From contig JAGIQG010000030.1 of the NCBI GenBank assembly GCA_024679065.1, forward strand, positions 25,730,001 through 25,794,000: a stretch of DNA of 64,000 nucleotides, written 5' to 3'. Below, piece after piece: positions 39,276-50,397 of the stretch (position 1 is its first letter; each line of letters opens with the position of its first letter). Under the pieces are notes generated by a model. It saw only the letters and a list, made by a program, of their open reading frames with translations. It was not told the origin of the DNA and made no database searches. Origin of the DNA: Sphyrna mokarran (Eukaryota). Made by a program: the position numbers and the translations under genes.

Positions 39276-42059
39276 GATACTGTACAAGATTTTGACAAAT
39301 TCTCCAGCATATGCTGCGATTTAGCACTGTAAATTTTTCAGGAGCCCGCTGCACTGACAGCTCCCGGTGTCTATCAAAGTGCCACAAGTCACCGCTTCAA
39401 AACTGCAATGACTTTGAGATCACCGGGACACAATGGGAACCACTTTCCCTATTCATCGTGTTGCAATGTAGTGTGTGTGAGAGAGAGGGGAGAAAAACCA
39501 GGGCAAAATCACAGGGAACTCAAATTCAATAGATCTAGCTGGTTATCAGAGAACAACTGAGAAGTAAGTGGCAACCAGATCGTCTTATAAATAGGTTACT
39601 CTGGCCAAGCTATGGTTGGCACCCAGTGCAATATTCAATTTACCAAATACTATACGTTCCCTCATCTTTTTTTTTAAAGAAATACATTTAAATGGCGGTT
39701 GCTGGTTTGCTCCAGAACAAATCCGAAGTTACTTCTGAAATTATTGCAACCTGTCCATTTGTAATAAAGAAAACAATGAGTAGATTCTGCTCTAGAAAAC
39801 CTACAAAATCCAATCTTGTGGGGCTGGGGAGAAGGAGGTGGGAAGGGGGGGGAGACACCTATACTGGCTTTATGCATATTTCGCCAAATAACGTTGATAT
39901 CCTGGCACATTAGTTTAATTAGCAACATAAGATATTCGATTTATATTTCTCAAAATTGACCGCATGTTGCATTTTGGATTGTTGAGTGTCAATGCTTCAT
40001 ATTGTCTTTTCTTCTGACACTTTTTTAAAAATCAACTGTTACATTTGAAAAGATGCATGCATTCTGCAAATTGCAATTGCTGAAGATGCTTTATGCTGAA
40101 GGGTTTTGCCCATTCTTTGCTAATGTGAGTGAGCGTGGTTTCTTGTACGATTTCATCAAATGAGCATCAAGTCGAAATTGAGTTTATTTACCCTTCAAGT
40201 AACCAGATTAATAGTGCGTTATAGCTTTTTTAAAAATATACTTTATTAAATTGTAAACACATCACTAAGAAATTGCTCCCACAGACTATCGACATTCAGG
40301 CAAATTTCTGAAAGAAATTCAAAGCAGCAAAGAGAGAGAGAATAATTGTGTCGAGTAACGGTATTTGAAGTAATACCCTACTTGTACCTCAAATCGAACA
40401 CCTGTTTAATGTCATCTTTCCCTGGACCCGTGTTCTTCCCTCGAATGTTCATAATTTCACATTTTATATGTTAACTGGCAGTCGTCATTTAAGCGTGTAA
40501 ATATTGGACCATTAAAAGTAACACGTACTTTTAGTTTTCCACGAGTGAATTGCGAAATGCACAAGGCTCCTCTAAAAATGTGTAGTAAAGTGCATCTTTT
40601 TAGAATGTTGGATATTGTGAAACGTGCATCTGCAACTCGGCGCCGGCGAATTCCTAACACTTCGCAATTTCCTACAATAATACAATACATTCTTCTTTTT
40701 TCTTTGCAAACATCAGTTCATTTACATCTACTTACTTAGCAGGCTAAGATAAATTTCGCAAATCACCCATTGCTGCAATTAAATATAACCCTAAATGCGA
40801 CCAGAACCTCCAAAAACCAATGAATATACCTGAGTCAGTACATTTTTCACGAACATAATAACATTTGTCAATTTTGCTCTGTTGAAACCATCACTTCTTA
40901 GTTAATTCTAGCAGCGATACCAATAGACTAATCTCAACCAACCCGACTGACTACTGGATGTAATGTGCTGTAAATGCAAAATAAAAACATTGGAAAATCG
41001 AATCTATGATCATAGAGGGGCACGAAGGGGGGAAAAGCGTTATCGGGGCAGCCCGGTTCCAAAGATTCGCCGCTCTTCCACATTGTTTTGGGGGAATTTG
41101 AAGCGAAATTATTCATTAATCTGCATGCATCTCTGTGTATCTCTGTCTATGTGTTTCTATGCATCTAGCTAAGTGCACGCACACTTCAAAGCTGTTTCCA
41201 CTTTTAAGTATTTCAAAGTAAACGTGATATTTATCCGTATTAATAATGGTTCATCAGATGAATGAGACCCTCTCGAACATTCATGGCTTCTTTCAGCCTA
41301 CACACCTTCTGCAATCCGTACAGGAACAATTCTTCTTCATAAACCAGCCGTGGCTGATTTCTGACATGGTTGGTCCTTAATTTTATTTGGATACTTTCAT
41401 TTTTTTAAAAAAAATCTTGAAATAATCCTTGCCACACTTTCCCCAACAACTCCCGTCAGGACATCTCAATCAGTGCAAAAAAAAAAGCCTCGCCGCCAAT
41501 GTTCCATCTTTCAGCAGCAACTTTTGTCCTTGACCAGAAACTGATTTGTGAATAGTATGTGTTTTATTCTCTGGTATTGATGGGGTGGGGGTGGTGATGG
41601 GGCTAGCATTTGTGTTCGAGAACCTGCTTGCTAAAGAACCTTCGGGGGGGGGGGGAGATATATATTTATCTATTTGCCCATACAAGCCAAAGGGTGGATT
41701 CTTTATTAATATCAAGTTGGCATTGCAAGATTCCACCTCCAATAAAAAAGGACGAGTTTATACACAATTGGGAGTACTCAATGTGGTTGAGAATTTCTGC
41801 TTTATTGGATTATTTAATATACATGTTGTTAATTTGTGATAGCAATTTTTTTTAAAAAAAGAAAATTGAGTTATTGCCAATTTATTTTTAAAAAATGAAG
41901 AAACAGGGTGTGGGGGATAGGGTGGGAGTGGGCTGATGGGGAGGGAGGGAGGGAGGGGGAGAGAAATAGAAAACTTATTTTTTTCCCCCAAGTAGACCTC
42001 TGCGCATGGATGTAATGTAAATTTGTTGGCGGCCAGGACGTGCTGGATAATAAGTAAGG

Positions 42060-42260
42060 CGACTGTCCAATGCGGTACAGGGGGCGGGCCAGATGTCCCA
42101 GCCCCCCGAACCTAAAGCTCTGACCAGTCGCCTTTGATTGTCAGTCGCCAGCAGCCGCCGCTTGGCTCCGTCACTCGGCAGCCCCATATAAGGAAAGCAT
42201 CTCCATAGAAACGTGTCAGTTTCAATAGTCGTGTCAAAGTTCACTATATACAGCCATCCG
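42060..42260 (+). promoter_or_regulatory. NR2F2 main proximal promoter
   Basis: CCAAT 42067-42071, GC box 42081-42088, TCF/LEF CTTTGAT 42132-42138, CArG CCATATAAGG 42184-42193, DR1 42231-42243, TATATA 42245-42250; CpG-rich. Confidence 0.8.
42231..42243 (+). promoter_or_regulatory. DR1 nuclear-receptor element (retinoic-acid/COUP-TF response element)
   Basis: GTGTCA-A-AGTTCA directly 5' of the TATA-like box, matching the DR1 I recall from the mammalian COUP-TFII promoter. Confidence 0.75.
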
Positions 42261-42274
42261 CGCAGATTTCCCCT

Positions 42275-42999
42275 TTCAGAAAAATTACTCCGCAAGCCCG
42301 CTCGTTCAAATCGGATTCACTTCCAACCCCCCTTTTTGCATATTTGATCAGTTCGATTCTCTCTCCCTTCCCTTATTTTTCGCCTCCTCTCGCATGAGAG
42401 AGGTTCTATAGCTCCCCTTTTTTTTCCACGACGTCGACTCCTATTTTTTTTGTGTGTGTAGTCTCTCTCTTTTTTTTTGCTGGCGAGTTGTTGAGTCTCT
42501 TCCTCTGTGTGTGTATGTGTGTGTATGTGTGCAGTTCCCCTACCAGTACGGCGAAGAATTTATGATCAGTTGATGGTCGGGCACTTCTACTCCGGATCGT
42601 GCATTTGCCTTCAAGAGTCGATCCCCCCTCTCTTTTTTCCTTCTTTTTAATCTTTTAACCTTTCGTTCCCCCCCTTCGTCCTTTTTTATGGGTTTCCTGA
42701 ATGGCTGACTGCGTGCTGCCCTGGTACTGGCCCCCCGACACTCGCTTCTTCTCTGCCGATCGGATTTGAGCTCCTACTCTTTCTCTCTCTCCCTCCCCCT
42801 CTCTTTCTCTTTCTCTCTTTCTCTTTCTCTCTCTCTCTCTCTCTCCCCCCTCTCTCTCCTTCTCTCCCTCCCTCTCTGTATTTTTTTTGGGGGGGTTGTT
42901 GTCAGCTAATCGACTCTTCCTCCTTCGTTTTGTTCCTGATCTGACGATTCCAAGACAAGACAGGTTTTGTTTTGTCTGATAACACTCTTGCCCCGAGAT
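42275..42999 (+). other. Probable 5' UTR of the main NR2F2 transcript
   Basis: TSS inferred about 25-30 nt after the TATA-like box; pyrimidine-rich with CT and TG repeats and several upstream ATGs. Confidence 0.55.
42780..42878 (+). repeat. CT-rich microsatellite in the 5' UTR
   Basis: Read directly. Confidence 0.9.
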
Positions 43000-43420
43000 A
43001 TGGCAATGGTAGTTAGTACGTGGCGAGACCCGCAGGACGACGTGGCCGGAGCGCAGGGCACACAGCCACCCCCGCCTCAGCAAGGACCGCAACCGCCTTC
43101 TGGAGCACCCCTTACCCCGCAGACCCCAGGGCAGCCGGGAGCCCCGGGCACCCCGGCCCAGTCCAACCAGCAGAACCAGCAACAAGGCGAGAAACAGCAG
43201 CAGCATATCGAGTGTGTGGTGTGTGGCGACAAATCGAGCGGCAAACACTACGGCCAGTTCACCTGCGAAGGTTGCAAGAGTTTCTTTAAGAGAAGTGTGC
43301 GCAGAAACTTGACGTACACATGTCGTGCCAACAGGAACTGCCCCATAGACCAACACCACCGCAATCAGTGTCAGTACTGCCGCCTGAAAAAATGCCTGAA
43401 AGTCGGCATGAGACGGGAAG
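43000..43420 (+). CDS. NR2F2: NR2F2/COUP-TFII coding exon 1 (A/B region and C4 zinc-finger DNA-binding domain)
   Basis: ATG at 43000 gives [14 protein letters not shown]...; [28 protein letters not shown] and the second zinc finger run to [10 protein letters not shown]; donor GAAG|GTATTG at 43420/43421; 421 nt, phase 1. Confidence 0.98.
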
Positions 43421-44200
43421 GTATTGAGAATTCATTTATTTCCAAATGTTTGCGCTTACTCTAAACCAGCAACCCACCCTTTCCAACCCCAACCCACCCA
43501 CCCACTCCCACCTCCGGCAGAAAGGGAGCTGAACTGCTCTGACTTAATTCTGTAAAGTTGTAGTGTGTGTGTGTGCTCCCCTGGCATGCCAGTTAAAATC
43601 AATTGAGTCTGTACTTTAGAGGGTGCCTCTGGTTGAGAAAGTCCTCAAAGTATTCTTTGCAAATGATTTTGATCTGTGTATGTATGTGTGTGTGTGTGTA
43701 TGTGTGTGTGTTGTCTGGGGGGAGAGAGAAAGAGAAAACTGTATGTGTGTGTATGTATGTGTGTATGAAAGAGAAACAGAGAAGGGGGTCTTTTGAAAAT
43801 AGTAAGATGCTGATAGAAGTGTGCTTTGATTGTAATCTATATTTTAAAAAATGTGTTGTTACCCACGAAACTTCACACGAAAAGAGAGGAGGGTGTGAAT
43901 AATGTCCTGTGCAAGTTGGAACAGTTTGCAGAGTGAAGTCCAGATAGGGAAATAAATCAGCCATTGTTGTAAAAAAAAACCAGATTCAATCAGTTTTTTA
44001 ACACACGCTTTAGGGAAATGACATAGCAAAATGGCATGGCAGTGTTCGGTTTAAAATATGCCGGCTAGCTTTAATACACACAGCTTCACGTTGTACAGCC
44101 GGTGGGAGATTTTTTTTGTGTTAAAAAAATGATAGTGTATGCAGCAGTTATTGTTGTTGGAAAATGGCTCAGGGGTGTGTATTGTATGCAAACTGTCTGA

Positions 44201-44812
<612 letters not shown>

Positions 44813-44965
44813 TGATCTGTAATCAGAACAGCCATGATATCAGGTCAGAAATGAGCATACAGTCAATTACTAAGCTCTGATCTCAGTGTGGTGTCATGTA
44901 CCCTTTATATAACATCTATATTATTATAAACATGGCTCCATGTTTTAGCACTATGTAAGTTTTAA

Positions 44966-45014
44966 AATATAATTGAAACAATTGCTTTAAAAAAGCAATT
45001 GTTTCAATTATATT
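44966..45014. repeat. Perfect 23-bp inverted repeat with a 3-nt loop
   Basis: AATATAATTGAAACAATTGCTTT-AAA-AAAGCAATTGTTTCAATTATATT. Confidence 0.95.
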
Positions 45015-46104
45015 AAAGATCTCATCTCAAATAGAGTTACTACAAAATTTCTAATATTTCACATCCCACTATTATTATTTTAAAATTAAGTGCAAATGAA
45101 GACCAGGGATGACGATGAAAATATAGTTATATTTTGTCATTTTGCAAAAAAAATCAGTTTGAGTTGAATACGCCTTCATATAGTGTGCAAAATTGCTGCA
45201 TTTAACTTCGAACAGTAGCGCAATCATTCATGTGGACTTGGGATAAAACGTCCAGGGGTTGATATCAGGAAGCAGAAATGTTCAGTTTCTGTGGGAAAGC
45301 AGTTCACAATCCTTTCCTTGTTGTGTTAGGGTGATCTGGGTATCCAGAGGACTCTCTGGACCCCTTCCAGTGCTCGGGTCGTGACCCGAGCTTCCTTTTC
45401 TATATTATTACTTCACACATAAAAAAAAACCCATGCTTTTCCAAAATGTCCTTTTTTAAAAAACCAAACTAATCAAATTAGAAGCGAACATTTAGTTAGA
45501 GGGAAAAAAATATCCAGGCGGCTGAGCTTAAGTGGGGGTGACGTGTTGTGTGTTTGCTTTAAGTTATCACATGCCAGTTTTTGTGAAGTACTATTTTTCT
45601 TAGTCTTTTTTTTATACTTGAATTACTAACCGACTTGGAAACACTTTTAAATGTTATGCGGTTTATTTTGTTTGTTCAGTCTACTTGATCCTACTCAACC
45701 AAGAGCAATCGATGACATTACCATAGCAGTTAATTTATTACTATTTGTGAAATGTCAGGCCTTGTGTGCAGTCAAGCAAACTCACTGTTTTGTGAGCACT
45801 TTGCTATTACATGCTGTTGGGGGGTGGATATACATAAGCATAAATATACAACACTACATGCCAGAGATAGTAAAATCTGGTTTAAGTTTAGGAAACCCCC
45901 CAAAAAGTGAAATGTGGTTGTGAATGGTTGCTGTATCTGTGCATTGTGTTTTCTTTGATGACTATAATAATATGCGTCTGTTGGGCTGGGTCTAGAACAT
46001 TGCAAGATGCAATGGCTAGGTCAGGTCATAACCTATGCTCTCTAATTAAAGGTCCTATGCACGTATGGGTGTAATTTATTTAATCCTGCACTTTTTTTCT
46101 CTAA

Positions 46105-46431
<327 letters not shown>

Positions 46432-47018
46432 ATAGGGAAGGGGAGGGCAAAAGAAAAGGCAAGTGACATTATTTTGCAAATTCCTTCTCGTAAGGGAGGA
46501 AATAAAAGGCTGTTACAAGTTTACCTATGTGACACAAAAAAAAAAATGAAGAGAGGGAAGAGAAAAAAAGGACTGTGGATTTCAATGACTGTACAAGAAC
46601 TTAAAAAAAAACGCATTCAGAAACTCTCCTGTGTCGTTCAGAACAACTTGCTACTTATCATTTTTGTAACAAAAGGAAATTAGTCTTTTATTTTGGTTTA
46701 TTTTGTAAACTTTTGAGAAATATCGATATAAAGATAAGTGCATTTAAACAAGAATTTCAAAATTAGGAGGAAAGAAAGAAACATTTTCCAAATTATTATA
46801 AATTGTCCTGTGTCTATGTATCTATAGCTGTTTTGTATTTTTCCTGGTTTCAAACCAGTCTCCTCTGTGATTCTCTACTAATAATTTTGATATAACCATT
46901 GCTTCTTATCAGATACGGTGTATCACGTAAATATGTTCTGCAAGAATTAAAACTGAATCCACTAAAAAAGTTAGACGAAAGGTTTTTATCGACAGGATTG
47001 AAACTTAATGCTGGAAAC

Positions 47019-47025
47019 GCACTTA
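47019..47025 (+). promoter_or_regulatory. miR-302/miR-430 family 7mer-A1 site
   Basis: GCACTTA in the 3' UTR. Confidence 0.55.
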
Positions 47026-47440
47026 TAGTGTTAACTCATAAGACGTTTAATTTGGGGGAAATAAACTGCAGACCTGTATTAAATGATACACACTTGTAAT
47101 TTTAAAAAAATCCATTGTTGAAAACTGGTTAATATTGACATGTTCGGGGTTGGGGGGGAGGAGTACTTTGTGGGTATATTTCTGAAAGCAAAAATCTTTT
47201 ATGTGTCCAAGACACAGTACAATTTTGTTTTTCATTAAATTTAAGAAATTTTTAGTGATCTGAATGTGGCTCCATTTAGTTCCTGTTGCAGTATAGAGTC
47301 CGACCAGGCTCCAAAAATTTAAAAAAGCGCCTGTTTATATATTTCCAGCCCATTTGTAACAATTATCAACCCATTGCCCTTTTAAAGGAAAAATAATGCC
47401 ACAATTTCTTTTCTTGGATTCAGCATGGAACTCTATGTCG

Positions 47441-47447
47441 GCACTTA
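47441..47447 (+). promoter_or_regulatory. miR-302/miR-430 family 7mer-A1 site
   Basis: GCACTTA in the 3' UTR. Confidence 0.55.
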
Positions 47448-50359
47448 CTATTTGACATGTGGTTAATTAAGTATCTAGAGTTTACAAGTCGTGTATACAA
47501 GCTGAAGGTTTTTTTTTAAGTGCAACATTTCTGTACTGTAAAGAGTTATGATCGGATTGTTTGGTCAGTCTTGTGTGTTATATTCAAGAAAAAAAATGAA
47601 AGTATTCGGAGATTATAATATTATTTGATATATGGAACTTTTTCGCTGTTACAACTGTATGTTCACCCAAGGGAAAAAAAAATCTCATTACAATGGTCAA
47701 ACATCGCAGTTTACTGGAGTCATTACAATTCGTGGATTATTTGTCTTATTTACTCAATATACCTGTATGGTTTACTACCACTGTCTGTAGTAGTGGACAA
47801 ACCACATGCTCTTTCGATGAAAGGATAAACCGTGGACTCATGCTGCTCATTGTCTTTTGGGTTTAGCAGTGACACCTCAAAGATACAGTCAAAAAAATCC
47901 CCAATACGAAACGCCGTTCCCCCTCCTCTTTTAAATTCAAAATGCCATAGGGATTTTGACCACCGACCCTTATTTAGTTCTAACTTAAGTGCCTGTGCAA
48001 CCAATGTACATTAGACAGGTGTTAGGAAGCATGGATCATTATGTGTTTTAATGGTCAAGATTTTGTTTTGAAGCTTATTGTGTCTAAAGTTCACGCACAG
48101 AACACACTTAAACAAGCAATTGCTACTAGGAACAGTGTTGATTGTAAATAAAATATATTAAATGAGATTTATTCATAAAAAAGTATGTCTGGAAAAATGT
48201 GGTTGCCAATTTTTGTTATTGGAAGTTCTTCAAACTGAGGATGATGTGACTGACGTTTGATGTGTAGCACTATAAGTGAGCCTGATTTAATGTATATACA
48301 TATAAATTCATTTGAATTTTTATATATGGGAATAGACTGTGAGAGCATGGCCACAGGTCGCTAACACATTTTACATTTGTTACATACATGTAAATGTTGG
48401 ATTGTATAGAGGATATACATTTTGGCGAATGTTTGCCTTCAGTGCTCCCATATACCCTTGTATTAAAAACAAAACAAAAAAAAAACAGAGCGAGCTGGTT
48501 TGAGTTGGCCAAGCCATTTGTTCTAAGCTTTTCTGGTAGTGCTGCTACCTACCTACACTGCAGTGTGAAAACTTGCATTTTGTCCCTTTTTTTAAAAAAA
48601 GACAAAAAAAAAACTTTTTTGTGTATGTGGCTGTCCGGCCACATACTACATCATGTTGTGGTTACACACAAAAAGAATCATTTTGTATAGTTGATGGAAC
48701 AGTGATCTTTACCTGTTATAGAGACAGATCTGGACCAGAAATGATGTATGGTTGTGATTATTAACACGTTTGCAGCTGACCCACGTTTTTTTACTTCAGG
48801 GTATTGCTCCGCTGTTCTAACTTATAGATCGAGCCTTCTCAGATGTTTTTTTTATTGCAAGTAATATGTGTATGGAGTTACTCCGCCAGACTCCTGTTTG
48901 TGTTAGCTATTGTATACAGCGTTTTTGTTGTAAATTGTTATTGGTATTAAATTATAATTTATGGCTTTGAATCAAAGGCTCTCACTGTTTTATTCCCTAT
49001 TTTCTTAATTTAAATATTGATAAGCGGGAGGCCTTGACCATAACCAGATATGATGCAGCATGGTATCTAAGAATCTGTGTACAGTAAAGTTTTTCAACTG
49101 CAGATCGCTTGATTGCCTATTCTACAATTTAGATTAGCGTAGTTTATAAATACTGATACCCTAAATCCTTCCCCACCCACCCCCTCACTCAAAAAGTTGC
49201 CCCCCAATCTAGCTGCTTTAGAACAATGAAATTAACCCGGGGGTGAAACTGACAAAAGGGATTGAAATTGACGAGCTTGTCCTTTAACTGGCGAGATCTG
49301 AGGCTGTTGAAATATGGTGACGCTCGCCCTGAAGTGTCCATTTATTTTTCCCGCGGCCCTTTTTTTTATCTGATCTTACCTCGCGTTTCTGTGCGAGGGG
49401 TTAAAAAGAAACCAGCCAAACATGATCTGCAAGCTTGTATGGCTCCGGCGTGCCGCCCCCCTTCTCTCTCTCTCTCTCTGTCTTTCTCTCTCAACACACT
49501 TTTTTTCACAGAGAGTGGAGGGAGGTCTGTGCAATATGACTTCACTCGGCTCCCTCAGTAATCCAAGCGATCTCCCTTTAACCGCTAATGATCAAAATTG
49601 TGAGGGGTGAGGGTAGATCAGATCATGTTTTACAACGCGGCTTGGTGATATTTAAACTGCAACAATAACACACACACAAAAAAAGCCCAATTAAGCGGAT
49701 ACAACTCAATATTACACCATCTGCACTGCACCAAATCCAGTGCGATTTCTGAAGGTTGCTTTAGAAAGGGACGCGGGTGGCGTTGTGTTAGAAAGTTTTT
49801 TTTGTGTGTGTATGCAGCCTTCCTCCTTGTGTGTTTAATGGGAGTTTTATTTTTTTCTGGGGGGAGGGGGGATGGGGTGGGGTAGGTGGGGGTTTATTTG
49901 TAATCGGAGACGGAGCGTGTGAAAGAATGTGTTCAGTCGGCCGGGTTCTCAGTATCGCTGTTCGCAAACCCAACATGGCGGCGTGTAATATGCTGCTGTT
50001 TGCAGGCGAGCAGTAATAAGAAACACATTTCAATTCCCCCCCCCAGCCCACCCAGCCCCCCCCCCCTTTTTTGGTGCCATTTGTGTACAGAACGGCTGCA
50101 ATAAAACTATTAACAGCAGGATATGTGTATCAGCCTTATCTATTTATTTATTCCTTTGCAATCGTAAACCAGAATGGTGGTGGGGGTTGTGTGAGAGATG
50201 AGGAACCTCGGGTCTGGAAGTGTAGTTGTTTCTGGAGCCGATCAGATTTTTATTCCTCGCAGTCCTGGAGATATATGTATATATAGATATATATATATAT
50301 AAAAGGCCCCGTGTTTCATGCGGACCCATTGTGGGTCTGGCATTTAAATATGCAAAAAC

Positions 50360-50366
50360 AACACAC

Positions 50367-50397
<31 letters not shown>
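50360..50397 (+). repeat. (CA)n microsatellite
   Basis: Read directly. Confidence 0.9.

Larger units (their letters stand above)
46432..48970 (+). other. NR2F2 3' UTR (long form)
   Basis: AU-rich; blocks such as CAGAACAACTTGCTACTTATCATTTTTGTA and ACATTTGTTACATACATGTAAAT resemble the remembered mammalian NR2F2 3' UTR; candidate poly(A) signals AATAAA 48147-48152 and ATTAAA 48946-48951. Confidence 0.7.

Noticed and set aside
42655-43359. 234-aa antisense ORF, the longest in the track
   Set aside because: Shadow of GC-rich exon 1 plus the CT microsatellite (ERERE runs); no independent coding signal
44966-45014. miRNA precursor
   Set aside because: 3-nt loop, very AT-rich perfect stem, no extended basal stem and no recognised mature sequence; kept only as a palindrome
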